Shown here: in pieces, positions 13,336-26,842 of the stretch
Layout: each line of letters starts with the position of its first letter
Position numbering within the stretch: position 1 is the stretch's first letter
NCBI RefSeq assembly: GCF_030028105.1
Contig: NC_092376.1
Coordinates: 30,056,935 to 30,120,934 of the forward strand
Reading direction: 5' to 3'
DNA from: Mobula birostris
Lineage: Eukaryota
DNA: 64,000 nt
Program-made: the position numbers and the translations under genes
The notes under the pieces: generated by a model
Databases searched by the model: none
The model's input: the letters and a program-made list of their open reading frames with translations, nothing else
Told to the model about the DNA's origin: nothing

Positions 13336-13430
13336 ATGGGCTATGACTTTTCTGGAAATCTTTGTCTCGTTGTGCTTGCAAGACTCTGGCATCCATTGGA
13401 CGAGGTATCGCTCTGCAATGCCACCAGGAT
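13336..13430 (-). CDS. ANOS1: Anosmin-1 exon (exon 10 equivalent)
   Basis: DPGGIAERYLVQWMPESCKHNETKISRKVIAH; ccctag| and |gtatgt; 95 bp, phase 1->0. Confidence 0.93.
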
Positions 13431-15019
13431 CTAGGGACAATGTAATTCACATATTATCATCAGCCAATACTCTTGACAGAATTCACATTGCACTTAGTAA
13501 TGCCAAGCATATTTTAATTAGATGTGTCAGGAAAGTTCAAGGATATAATTGCTCTGGTGTTGCCAAATATTTGGACAATTCTCTTTGTTTGGAACAACTG
13601 CAAACAAATCTATTCCTCTATCTCAAGATCATTTTGTCATAATTGCACTGAAAGCATGAAGATAAATATTGCAGACTTGTTCAGAATATTTCACCTGTGG
13701 CCATTTGGACTCATTATTGGCATAAAGACGGCTGAAGATTACTAATAATAACCTTAATGTGCTCAAAGATCACATTTGATTCTGCCCAATGATTTGGATT
13801 AATGGTTATATGGAAGTTAACAATATGTTTTACTGGAGTCATTGCAGGGATATGGTGTCCTAAAACTGAATAGCACTGCACAGGAAACCTGGACCATCCT
13901 GGGAGGAATGCACCAACCATTCATCCTAATATTAAGATGTTTTGCATTTGATATTTTGAAGTGTGTTCATTGCAAAATGTGGAAAGCAACTTTGGTTAAC
14001 AATATCTATAACTATCGATTTACCAATGTGAATCTGGCAAGAGCAAAGGATGTTGGGAATGGCAATGTTGAACACCCCGGGAGCAGTGTGTGACAGGTAG
14101 CAGAGAATGAGTGCCAGGGACGGGAGGGATGTGGTGCAGATGCAGACACATCCAGTCCTGAGATACCAGGCAAGGTCATTTGGTTCCAAGCAATTTGTTT
14201 ATTGATCAATACAGAATCTCTCTGGTGCTTCTCACTCCCTCCCCTCTCTTCCCATTTTCCCAACCTTGATTCCTTTCTCCCTGCCTCCTTCCCGCTCTCA
14301 GTCCACAATAGAAACCCATATCAGAATCAGGTTTATCATCACTCACATATGTCATGATTTTTTTTTTGCAGCAACAGCAGTACAGTCAATATCACTGGAA
14401 GACATCTCAAAGGCTTCATAAAAGGATTATCACATAGAGTTTGACTCTGAGCCGTGTGTGGAGAATTCAGAGTAGATGGCTTGCTGACAGAGAGTGTTTA
14501 AAAGAAGAAAGAGATATGTATTCGAGACATCCAGAGTTGGGACTGAATGTGTTGGAAAAGGCATCCCAAATATCTTTCAGGGATTGGTTTATTTTATTTT
14601 CCATTAGGTTCCCTGTCACATGTACCCTGCTTGAAAGGCTATAGCCTCCCCAGATATGAATCTTAGGCAAGTATGAGGGAGGAAGGAATGAATGAGAATA
14701 AGAGATCCTGTGCTTAGGCCCAGTGGAAAAGAGGTGAGAAATTGCAGAGTGTTCTATATCCAGAAGATGTTGGAGTAGCGGTGGGGGAATGAGGAATGCT
14801 GATATGAAGTAGGGACCGAACCATGGGGTAAATGGTCAAATGGGAGTTCTCAGTCGCAGAGTTGGTCCTTTGCATGGTCAAGGTGACGGTTCAGATGGGG
14901 TTGGGCACCTATTGCATAGACGATGATTAAGTGGGGAGCTATCTTATGGTGGCAGTGGTCAGATGAAGATCAGCGGGTGTTATTGACGATGGCAGCAGAT
15001 TAGGAGCAAACTGATGATG

Positions 15020-15296
15020 GTACAAGTCATTAAGGTGCTTGGAAGTAGGTACAGAGGAGATGTCAGGGGCAAGTTTTTTTATGCAGAGAGTGGTGAGTGC
15101 ATGGAATGGGCTGCCGGCCATGATGGTGGAGGCAGATACGATGGGGTCTTTCAAGAGACTCCTAGACAGGTACATGGAGCTCAGAAAAATAGACTGGTAT
15201 GGGTAACCCTAGGTAATTTCTAAGGTAAGGACATGTTCCGCACAGCTTTGAGGGCTGAAGGGCCTGCATTGTGCTGTAGGTTTTCTATGTTTCTAT
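15020..15296 (+). mobile_element. CR1 LINE 3' end fragment within an older decayed LINE
   Basis: RYRGDVRGKFF-type C-terminus, gggctgaagggcctg 3' UTR, (tttctatg)n tail. Confidence 0.8.
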
Positions 15297-16482
15297 ATGG
15301 AATTGAGTGAGATACCTTGAGATGACACAACTGCACACTACTGAACATACAGACACTGCTGGACCTTAAGGGTAGCTGTCATATTGTCATAGAGGTCAAA
15401 GGGAGGTCAGAAGGCTACCTACTTATGGTGCTGTTCTATCTGATGGTCAACGGTGGAAGAGCGAATATATTTACTGGTTGGGTGTGTGGATATTATTCTT
15501 GATCAGTGGGAGATCATTCCTCCTTGCCTCTTTGTAACTGCCCAGTTTCCTGAGCCTTAAGAGGTCAGGTAGGAATATAGAATTGTTGAATTGAAGTCGA
15601 ACAGCCTCATTGCAATATTTAAATGACCATTGACTTGTTGCCCTTTCAGCATCAAGGGCCAATATCAGATAGAAATGGTCAGGGTTGAAGCAAATTCCGA
15701 TTCTAACCTAAATTAGAGTAGGTTAAAAGAATGACACAACATTACTGTGATGTAATGTTTTATGTTCTATGTTCTAATAAACAGACATGATATTTTGGGC
15801 TGAGACCCTTCATCAGAACAGTCATTAAAACTATAGCCATGGATTCTGTGAACAATACACAGTCTTCCATTATTTTGTAACACTCTTGTAAAAATTGACA
15901 CTTGAATACTATGGTGGTTCAAATTCATAAACAAAAATGTTTGAAGGGTATGCACCAGGTGCTTTCCAAATGCAGTACCAACATAAGGTAGAATAAGTTA
16001 AAGTTTTGGTATTCAGTGGCAAGTAAACACTTCATGCACTCCAACTTTTACAACGTAGGAGGCTGAGGAATACATTATCTTTTTCAGAATGTGTGCAGCT
16101 CCAACAATATTCAAGAACCTCAGCACTAGCCAGGATCAAGTCGTGCAAGGTCAAACTCAATTCCCTGAAGTATTTTTGGAGCTAATCAGCACCAGCTAGG
16201 ACAAACCATGAAAGCTAGGTGTTAACACTCTCTCCACCTGCCTAATTATTCACTCCAGTGCATCCTAGTTAGAACCTACAAGATATGCCACAGTAACTTG
16301 CCAAGTCTTCTGTGATCACCATGGGACCAAATCATCACCAATTACTGTCTTCTCTCCAAGTTACACACCATCCTCAAGCATTAGGGCCACTGTATTAGGG
16401 AGGTGCTATTGCAGAAGAATTAGAGACTTGCTGTTGTGCATTGAAGATGGTACACACTGCAGGGTGTGCTGGTAGTAGGGAA

Positions 16483-17840
16483 TTAGAATCAAGTTTATTA
16501 TCACTGGCATGTGACGTGAAATTTGTTGACTTAGCAGCAGCAGTTCAATGCAATACATAGTCTAGCAGAGAGAGAGAAAAAATAATAATAAATAAAATAA
16601 AACATAATAATAAATAAACAAGTAAATCAATTACATATATTGAATAGATTATTTAAAAATGTGAGAAAACAGAACTACTTTTTAAAAAAGTGAGGTAGCA
16701 TCCAAAGCTTCAAGGTCCATTTAGGAATCAATGACAGCAGGGAAGAAGCTGTTCCTGAATCACTGAGTATGTGCCTTCAGGCTTCTGTATCTCCTACCTG
16801 ATGGTAACAGTAAGAAAAGGGCATGCCCTGGGTGCTGGAGGTCTTTAATAATGGACGCTGCCTTTCTGAAACACCACTCCCCAAAGATGTCCTGGGTACT
16901 TTGTAGACTAGTGCCCAAGATGGAGCTGACTAGATTTACAACCTTCTGCAGCTTCTTTCGGTCCTGTGCAGTAGCCCCTCCATACCAGACAGTGATGCAG
17001 CCTGTCAGAATGCTCCCCACGGTAAAACTATAGAAGTTTTTGAGTGTATTTGTTGACATGCCAAATCTTTTCAAACTCCTAATAAAGTATAGGCTCTGTC
17101 TTGCCTTCTTTATGACTACATCGATATGTTGGGACCAGGTTAGATCCTCAGAGATCTTGAAATCCAGGAACTTGAAGCTGCTCACTCTCTCCACTTCTGA
17201 TCCCTCTATGAGGATTGGTACGTGTGCCTTCGTCTCACCCTTCCTGAAGTCCACAATCAGCTCTTTCGTCTTACTGATGTTAAGTGCCAGGTTGTTGCTG
17301 CAGCACCACTCCACTAGTTGCCATATCTTACTCTTGTACGCCCGCTCATCACCACCTGAGATTCTACCAACAATGGTTGTATCGTCACCAAATTTGTAGA
17401 TGGTATTTAAGCTGTGCCTAGCCACATAGTCATGTGTATACAGAGAGTAGAGCAGTGGGCTAAGCACACACCCCTGAGGTGTGCCAGTGTTGATTGTCAG
17501 CGAAGAGGATATGTTATCACCAATCCACACAGACTGTGGTCTTCCGGTTAGGAAGTTGAGGATCCCATTATAGAGCGAGGTACAGAGGCCCAGGTTCTGC
17601 AACTTCTCAATCAGAATTGTGGGAATGAGGGTATTAAATGCTGAGCTATAGTCGATGGACAGCATCCTGACATAGGTGTTTGTGTTGTCCAGGTGGTCTA
17701 AAGCCGTGTGAAGAGCCATGAAGACTGCATCTGCTGTTGACCTATTGCACTGATAGGCAAATTGCAATGGATCCAGGTCCTTGCTGAGGCAGGAGTTCAG
17801 TCTAGTCATAACCAACCTCTCAAAGCATTTCATCACTGTC
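16483..17840 (-). mobile_element. Rex1/Babar-type LINE, 5'-truncated RT plus 3' UTR
   Basis: ORF 16760-17965: DPLQFAY, DYSSAFNT, GTPQGCVLSPLLY, KFGDD (catalytic FADD variant), HPGH C-terminus. Confidence 0.88.
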
Positions 17841-18483
17841 GATGAACATTTAAATTTGTGGATCAAGTGTGAGTCAAGGAGGCTGTTTTTTCTTGGATGG
17901 AATTCTAGCCTCTTCAATGTTGTTGGAGCTGCACTCCTCCAGACAAAGGGGAAGTATGTCATCACACTCCTGATTTGTGTTTTGCAGATGTTGGAAGGGC
18001 TGTGGGAGTCAGGAGATTAATCTCTTGCTACAGAATATTGTTTGCGGCAATTCCTGCAAAAAAAAAACTTCCTTTCTTCTAATTGCTTTTATTCTAAAGC
18101 TATAAACAACCTTTTGATGTGCTAAGTCTTTTATTGATTGAAGTTTCCGTGTTATTGACTGAGCTTCAAAAGATAGGTAAATGATTTGTAATATTCCCAG
18201 ATGATCTTTTTCTAAGAGTGGGTTGATCTTGATGTCTGCAGGCTGAGGAATCTGTTGTCCTCTGCAACCAGTTATCAATCTGAACTGGGCAAAGATCACC
18301 AATGGGTACTCCAGCCCAGGGAAGTTGAGAGCTGATCCAAGCTCTACTTACACATACCGCAGACTGAGCCAAAATCACTAGCACAATACCAGTCTATACA
18401 AAACATCTACCCAACTCTTTGGAGATAGGAGGACAAGTGGAACAAGTCTTAGCTTGAACATTTTTTGGAAATGGTGATGTAGA

Positions 18484-19538
18484 CAATCTGTGCGGATTAG
18501 TGATAGCATATCCTCTTCGCTGATGATCAACTCTGGCGCACCTCAGGGATGTGTGCTTAGGCCACTGCTCTACTCTCTATATACACATGACAGTGTGGCT
18601 AGGCATAGCCTAAATACCATCTATAAATTTGCTGACGATACAACCATTGTTGGTAGAATCTCAGGCGGTGATGAGGGGGCGTACACGAGTGAGATTTGCC
18701 AACTAGTGGAGTGGTGCCGCAGCAACGGCCTGGCACTCAATGTCAGTAAGACAAAAGAGCTGATTGTGGACTTCAGGAAGGGTAAGACAAAGGAACACAT
18801 ACCAATCCTCATAGAGGGATCAGAAGTGGAGAGAGTGAGCAGCTTCAGGTTCCTGGGTGCCAAGATCTCTGAGGACCTAACCTGGTCCCAACATATCAAT
18901 GTAGTTATAAAGAAGGCAAGACAGTGGCTATACTTTATTAGGAGTTTGAAGGGATTTGTCATGTTAACAAATACAGTCAAAAACTTCTATAGATGTACCG
19001 TGGAAAGCATTCTGACAGGCTGCACCACTGTCTGGTATAGGGGGTGGGGTGGGGGACTACTGCACAGGACTGAAAGAAGCTGCAGAGGGTTGTAAATTTA
19101 GTCAGCTCCATCTTGGGTACTAGCCTACAAAGTACCCAGGACATCTTTAGGGAGCAGTATTTCCGAAAGGCAGCATCCATTATTAAGGACCTCCAACACC
19201 CAGGGCATGCCCTTTTCTCACTGTTACCATCAGGTAGGTGGATAGAAGCCTGAAGGCACACACTCAGCGATTCAGGAACAGCTTCTTCCCCTCTGCCATC
19301 CGATTCCTAAATGGACATTGAATCTTTGGAAACCACCTCTCTTTTTTAAAAAATATACAGTATTACTGTTTTTGGACACATTTTAACCTATTCAATAAAC
19401 ATAATTGATTTACTTGTTTATTTATTTATTTATTTTTAAATTTTCTCTCTGCTAGATTATGTATTGCATTGAACTACTGCTGCTAAGTTAACAAATTTCA
19501 GGTCACATGCTGGTGATAGTAAACTTGACTCTGATTCT
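18484..19538 (+). mobile_element. Rex1/Babar-type LINE, same family, opposite orientation
   Basis: ORF 18490-19095: GAPQGCVLRPLLY, KFADD; frameshift in a G-run near 19040; gactct/gattct tail. Confidence 0.88.
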
Positions 19539-20887
19539 GTATTAAGTATCCAGTACCTTCCAGCTTTATAACATTGTGATGAGATAACATTAAAGGCAAT
19601 AAGTTCTCCAAATAATATACACAACCACTCATCAAAGATAAACAACAGAATACAATGGCAGCATATTAAAAGAAGGCTGAGTTGAATATTATAATATGGG
19701 AAATATTGAGAGACCATATTATATAAACCAGCCAGTTACAACAGTGTTGAGATGTTGAGGTTAATTACATACCCATTTTTTTGTTATGACAGCTGGACAA
19801 TTATTTGTCCTAATCTCATATAACTGTTTATTAGATATTCCGGTGCAGGTGACTGTAATTGTGACTAAATGATGGAAAATTCCAATATGCTTTTGCCACA
19901 GAAGAGGATTGAAATACAGCTAACTACATGGTAGACCATCAATAAACTACTGTATATAAATACTGGGTGAACACGTCAACAGCAAGGATATCACGCATAG
20001 TTTCCCCTCCCTACGACCCATATCTAACTTGAAATGGATTATCATTTTATGTTGTTCTTTGGAATTACTCCCTTTCACTTCATGTTCTTAAGCTTTCTCC
20101 TGCCTCAAGAACTTACCACGTTAAAAACTCTCTATTATCTGAATACTCTGCACAGTTTTCTAAGTTACTGAGAAGTAATCAATGGTCTGACAATGATTGA
20201 AATTGAGGATAACAAACTAAAAAGTTATCAGAAACGATCAGATTTGTCTGAACAAGCTGGGCCACTAATACAGGTGTCACAACAGTGACGGCTCTGAGTA
20301 AGCACTTCATAGAATATTTTCCATTCCAGGTTTCCAATAATATTTATTCAAGATTATATAATCTATAAAATAACATATATCAGGTGTACTTAAACTTTTC
20401 AGTGAAATACTGTACAATGGAAAGTAAACTGCATACAGTATTGCTTTATGCCCTGCTTCATGGGGTTGTTTTCTCCTTTGAGGCCCATATCAGAATTATA
20501 GAGCCATCGTGTCATACAACATGAAACAGACTTTTCAGCCAACCCTATACATCATTAATCCCGCTTAATACATAGCCTTCTAGTTTCATTTAAATACTTG
20601 TTAAGTATTGTAAGTTCACCTGCTTCTACCATCCACTAAAGCTGTGAGCACCAGGTTTCAACCAGCCTCTATGTAAAAAAACTTCTTGCATAAATCCTCT
20701 CTAAATCCCCCACTCCTGGACTTAAACCTACACTAAAAGGAAATGTTTCACATTACCTACTGTGTCTGTGCACCTCATAATTCTGAACATTTCAATCGGT
20801 TCAGCCTTCCCTTCTTCAAAGAAAACAAATCCAGCCTCCCTTCATTAATGAAACACTCCAGCCCAGACAGCTTTTCCATGAGTTCCT

Positions 20888-21165
20888 GTGGCCACTCCAG
20901 TGCAGTCGTGCAATCAAGGTAGAGCGGTGTTAATACAGCTAGGGCATTGGAGTTCCACGCTGTCTGTAAGAAGTTTGTACGTCCTTCCCGTGAGCGCATG
21001 GATTTCCTCCGGACACTCCAGTTCCCTCCCACATTCCAGAGGCATACCGGTTAGTAGGTTCACTGGTCATTGTAAGTTGTCCTGTGATTAGGGATAAATA
21101 GGTGGGTTGCTGGGCAGAGCAGTTCGTTGGGCCAGCACGGCCTATTCTGCACTGTATCTCTAAAT
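20888..21165 (+). mobile_element. V-SINE
   Basis: V core tttgtacgtccttcccgtgagcgcatggatttcctccgg and tail ctgtatctctaaa. Confidence 0.75.
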
Positions 21166-21790
21166 TTCTATGGAGTGGCACCCAGAAATGTAATCAGTAC
21201 TCCAGCTGTGGTGTAACTAAGGTTGCATACAGTTGTACCCTGACCTGCCTTCTCTTATATTCTATGCTGTCATGTATCCTATTTGCCTTCTTAACCCTTA
21301 CCCTTTATCCAGCTGCCCATGTCCCTTGACAGCTGTGGGTCCTTAGACTTGTCAACCTCACCTTTCATCATTAAACTAACACATTGACTCTGAACTTCCA
21401 TTATTTCATCAAATCCTAGAGTGCAGCAACGTTCCAAAAGAGTTGAAGCTGCACAACACAATACTGAGCCCTTTGAACTACTACGTCCATGCCAACCTTT
21501 TTGTTCATCTACACTAATCCCATTTGCCTGCGTTAGAACCATATTCTTTAATGCCTTCCCCATTTGTCTGTCTAAATGCTTCTTAATCATTGTGATCATA
21601 TCTGATTCCACCACCTCCTCAACCAGCATGTTCCAGATATCAATCACTCCCTATGTAAAAAAAAGCTTAGATACTCCTTAAAGTGTTTTCTCTCACCTTA
21701 AACCTATGTGCTCTTGATCTTGATACCCCTACCATGGAAGAACACTTTGACTATCCACTTATGCCTCCCACAGTCTAAGATAATTTAATT
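21166..21790 (-). mobile_element. Decayed CR1 fragments
   Basis: WNMLVEEVVESD...KKHLDRQM CR1 C-terminal motif in ORF 21291-21647. Confidence 0.65.
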
Positions 21791-22824
21791 CTGAATCCTC
21801 CCAATAGTTGCCTATAAACTTCCTGAAGGAAGCTGCTCCCAGTCCACATTGACAGGTCATTAGCTCCCCCCACCCCCACCCCCACCCCCAAGTTCTGGAC
21901 CCTAATTTCCAATATATCTTTGTCCTTCTCCAACAGCAACCTTAACACGTACAGAGCCATGGTCTCCAAAATATTCTCCCACTGATTCTTCCTCCATTTA
22001 GCTATTTATGCTAATATCATTAGATTAGATTATGAGGACACGCAGTCCTCTTTTATTGTCATTCAGTAATGCATGCATTAAGAAATGATACAATGTTCCT
22101 CCAGAATCCCTTCTCTAGTCATTCCTAAAGCTCTCCCAAACTCCCTTCTATACCTTTCACAATGCATTCCCACTTAATATGTTGAAATATTCACTTCTAT
22201 AAATCATATTACTGAGTAATATGACTAATCGTAATTATAATTCTATTATTCATAAAACTCTGGGAATTGTCCATAATATATGTTCCTTTATCTCCTGCTA
22301 ACTATTACGAGATCTGTACTATACCCCAGCAAAGTAATTGCAATTTTTTTGTTCCCAAGTCCTACCCATGTAACCTTATATGAAGAGCCTTCTAAGATGT
22401 CCTGCCCCTTTACCGCAGTAATAGATTCCTTAACCAATATTGCAATTCCAGGTCTTCTTTTGTAAGTCTGCCCTCCCAGCTCCTATCCCACATGAAGATT
22501 CTATACTCTGGAATTTGCCAGTCTGGCTGCTCTTTCAACTACTGTATGACTTTTTAAATGCCACAAATAACGTATGTTAATTATGGTATTTGGTTCTTCA
22601 ACCTTACTTGGCAGACTCCTTGTGATAAAATATATCCCATCCAGCCTTCGATTTGAATTGGTCGGCGGACAAATGAATGTCCTAACCTGCATTGAGAACC
22701 ATTGTCCCTTGCATCAGAGCAGCACCCCTTACTATTCAGTGTCACCTTATTATTTCCCATTATGCCCCTGTGATCTCTCTATACTTTATGTGCTGTTAGC
22801 TTTGTTATAAATAGCTTTGTCCTG

Positions 22825-23298
22825 TCCAAGACCGGAAGAAGCTGCAGAAGATCGTGAACACAGCCCAGCACATCACACAAACCAATCTTCCGTCCTTGGA
22901 CTCACTTTACACCGCATGCTGTCAGAGCAGTGCTGCCAGGATAATCAAGGACACGACCCACCCAGCCAACACACTTTTCGTCCCTCTTCCCTCCGGGAGA
23001 AGGCTCAGGAGCTTGAAGACTCATATGGCCAGATTTGGGAACAGCTTCTTTCCAACTGTGATAAGACTGCTGAACGGATCCTGACCCCGATCTGGGCCAT
23101 ACCCTCCAAATATCCGGACCTGCCTCTCAGTTTTTTTGCACTACCTTATTTACCCTTTTCTATTTCCTATTTATGATTTATGATTTAAATTTTTAACATT
23201 TACTATCGATTTGTTCTCCAGGGAGCATGAAGCGCAGAATCAAATATCACTGTGATGATTGTATTTTCTAGTATCAATTGTTTGGCAACTATAAAGTA
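22825..23298 (+). mobile_element. Rex1/Babar LINE 3' fragment
   Basis: IIKDTTHPANTLFVPLPSGRRLRSLKT...NSFFPTVIRLLN. Confidence 0.8.
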
Positions 23299-23634
23299 TA
23301 ATTACTGGGACTTGAGGGTGCTCATAATGAACTACAGCCAGAAGGACAGCCCTACCCTATCAGAGCTACGGACATACATTTGGCTCCATGCCTGTTATAA
23401 TTCATGTGGGGACACCTAGCCTATAATTGGATAGGATTGGGTCATTTCTCACCTCCTTATCTATAAATGATATTTTAATTTATGCTCCTCCATTCCTTTA
23501 GGATTACCCCTTTAAAACCCACCTCAGGCTTTTCATTACATGTTCTGAAATTCAGTCTGGTGTCAGACTCCATCTACATAAATGACTTGGTACGTTTTGT
23601 AGACTGAGGATGTCAGATAAAGATAAAGGATCTT

Positions 23635-23940
23635 TTAAAGATAAGCTTTATTTGTCACATGTACATCAAAGCATGCAATGAAATGCATTGTTTGCATCAA
23701 ATCAGGGAGAACTGCCCTGGGCAGCCTGCAAGTCTCCCCACACTATGGGCACCAACATAGCATGCCCACAACTCACTGATATTAACTGCATGTCTTTGGA
23801 ATGTGGGAAGAAACTGGAGCACCCGGAGGAAACCAATATGGTCACGGGAAGAATAAACTAGCTTCTTACACACAGCGGCAGGAACTGAACCTCAGCTGGC
23901 GCTATAATGGTGTCACGCTAACCGTTACACAACCGTGCGG
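23635..23940 (-). mobile_element. V-SINE
   Basis: Reverse V core tgtgggaagaaactggagcacccggaggaaacc; tRNA head near 23900-23940. Confidence 0.75.
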
Positions 23941-25307
23941 CTCTAGGTAGAACCTGTTGCTGCTTCCATGCTTGAAGCCGCAATGAGATTATCCAAGCTC
24001 ATTCTAAGTCCAGCCGTTGTGCCAAGGAAAGCTTTCCTGCAGGATTCAAATCCATAGCTCGCGGGTGGAAAGCTAGGGTGCTTATCAGCAAGTCGTATCG
24101 ACATTACACTCGTAATTCTGTAAAGAGCAGGTGTTAAGGAGGTGTAAAGGATAACATGCCAATGTTTTATGGAAAAGTTTGACAGAGTTTGACAACAGTA
24201 TTAATTTCTAGGCGTACTGCTGGACATGGCTTGTACTGGCTGGTTACTTGATTTTATTTATTGTTTATTTATTTTATTTGTTGTTTTATAGCATTGAGTA
24301 CGAGAGTTGCAAACTCATTTTCACTGTTATGGTGCATGACAAATTGTACTATGCAATGACAATAAAGATATTTCATCATTTAACTCTCCCCTTCCAATTA
24401 TAGCTAATAGATCTGATGTTTAAATATTACACTGAGTAATCCTAAACAGGACTTTGGGGGAGGGGAAATACAATCAAGTACCATGAAAATCAGTGTCCCA
24501 AGTTAAAGCAGAGTTCTGCTCCTGAGAACTCTTTGTAACCAAACCTTCGAAGTTGAAAAATGAACAAAAACAGTGTTTGGGAGAGCATCAGAGAAACAGA
24601 CTCGATTCGGAGTGAGCAAGCGCGGTTCGAGCTGCCGGCTTCACTGCTCAGTGAGCGAGTCTGCTCACCACGTCCAGGTGCATTGGGTTCAACCCAGCTA
24701 CTGATTGTGGAGGGGAAGATTGGAGGGTGGGGGGGGGCGGTGATGGAGAGGGGAGGAGCGGAAGATGGTGTATGGAAATTCCCATTCTCATCCAGCAGAA
24801 GATGCCTGCAGCTCCACAGCAGCTGGCAAATCTATCCCCATCAACGTGCAGGTCTCCCAAACCCTCGCTCACATGTACAGCTTGTCAACAAGCCGGGTGT
24901 CATAATACGGGGAGGATCTTTCACATTTGATGCTCCTTATTTTTGGAAACTTCAATTTAAGAAAACGGCTTTTTTTGAGATTTTAAATGCATTCAGCTCT
25001 CCTTCATAAGTTTTATCAATAATGGGAAACAGAATATCAGGTTTTGAAACCCTGCCTGTTCCATTAATGCACAGATATATTGTTTGAACATTAGCAAAAT
25101 AGGAATAAAAATAAAAATACAGACATTAACAAGTACCATCAGTATCAAGTTCCATCAGTCAAATTTTATTAGATAAACACTAATGTCTAAGTTGCAAGCA
25201 TACCAAGTTTCTCTTACTCCCTTCCCAATATCTCCTGAAAGTAAACTTGTATCTGTTTTACAGTACTTCAACTTGAAGATATAGATCATAGAGTGAGTAA
25301 CACATAC

Positions 25308-25463
25308 CTTCCATTTTCTTCCAGTAGACTTTAACCTGAAGCTGATTGTCCTGATAGAAAGGGGCCCCGACATCAATGAGACGCATAGTTCTTTTCCCGT
25401 GAGATGATGGGAGGGCATTGACAACACCAGGTCTGGATTTTGTTGTTGAAGCTGAAAGGTCTC
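25308..25463 (-). CDS. ANOS1: Anosmin-1 exon (exon 9 equivalent); acceptor ambiguous (25463, 25460 or 25451)
   Basis: Frame absent from the ORF track: ...KSRPGVVNALPSSHGKRTMRLIDVGAPFYQDNQLQVKVYWKKME; donor G|gtatgt; phase 1->1. Confidence 0.92.
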
Positions 25464-25769
25464 CTTTGAAGAAATAATGTCAACTTTAAGGCGACTGCTT
25501 CAAAATAATGCGTCTTGTCTAGAGCAACTGATGGATTACCCCATCCAAGTGCAAGCCCCATTCATTTATTTAGACTTAGTTAGAATGTCCCAAATCCACC
25601 AGAGAATGAAGGTAATGATCTACTTATTGTTATTATTAAGCCATTAAACTCACTGCATTACACTGCTGTTGTCACCTGAGCAATAGCACTTTAAAATATT
25701 AGACTCCCATCAGCCTAATTTTATTAGACCAATACAGGATACTCCATCCCTCCAGTGCCTCTTGAATCA

Positions 25770-26350
25770 CCTCAAATAACTTTATACCCCAGTATATATA
25801 GGGACTGGGGTGCAAAGTGTTACACATTACAGTACCGTGTAACAGATTTTTGTTGGTTTACAGACTCCCCAACAACCTGTCATTTCTGTGGGTGTGGGGA
25901 GAGAGTGTATCATGTGTATATGGAACGTGAGAGGTTACAGTCTCTGTTTGAATATCTGAAGGGCCTGTTCCTCAAACTTTGGCTGCACTTTAGCCCAGGC
26001 TCCTGATCTTCAGCAACCCCAGTGCAGAGGGGGGAGGTGGGTGGGTCAGTTGAGTGATCTTCCTGGTCACATTGCTCCTGACCTGGCCAAGATGGCCACT
26101 CTGCCTGAGCTGATTACCTGCCTCTCTTGCAGGATTAAGCCCAGGCCCATGCTTCCCTGGAGAATGAGCAGGTGGTATCCATGGGTAGAATGGGGGTTTT
26201 CTGGGATCAGTGGATGCCACAGAGGCTCAAGTGTGCTTTGAATAGAGATTACTGTTCATATTTTGCAATTATTGACTGCAAGCAATGTGAATTGTGAAAA
26301 TACTATAGCACTGTCATGATGTGATGCTTCAATCACTCAATAAACCTCCT
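25770..26350 (+). mobile_element. Tx1/L1-clade LINE ORF2 C-terminal fragment
   Basis: CHFCGCGERVYHVYME..RLQSLFEYLKGLFLKLWLHFSP, a decayed CCHC zinc-knuckle region; aataaa near 26340. Confidence 0.65.
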
Positions 26351-26842
26351 TTTGGAAAAGGACTCACTTTCAAGGAATCTCAATCTCATGTTCTCGATAG
26401 ATATTGCTTATTTGTTTATTATTGTTATTTCTCCTTTTTGTATTTGCACAGTTTGTTATCTCCTGCACTCTGACTGAATGCCCTAGTTGGGCAGTCCTTC
26501 ATTGATTCTGCTATGTTTATTATTCTATAGAGTTATTGTATGCCCACAAAAAATGAATCTCCGGGTTGTATATAGTGACATATATGCACTTTGATAATAA
26601 ATTTACCTTGAACATTTACTTTAGAAAGAAAATGTATCTATAGGGCAATACTAACTGACTACCATTCTGGCAGTAGCTGCAATACACTTGTATTTTTGTT
26701 CTAATTTCAACCAGACTTAAAGTTAAAAAGGATCTAGTGTTTCCCTGGCGTATATGATGCATAAATTCTTCCTGGGATTCCAGCCAGGTACAGGTATCAA
26801 TTTTAACCGACGTTTCAATAACAAACTCCAGCATCTTCATCA

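Noticed and set aside
16851-18980. Similar 119-aa ORFs on opposite strands suggesting a duplicated small gene
   Set aside because: Antisense frames of the two LINE RT copies
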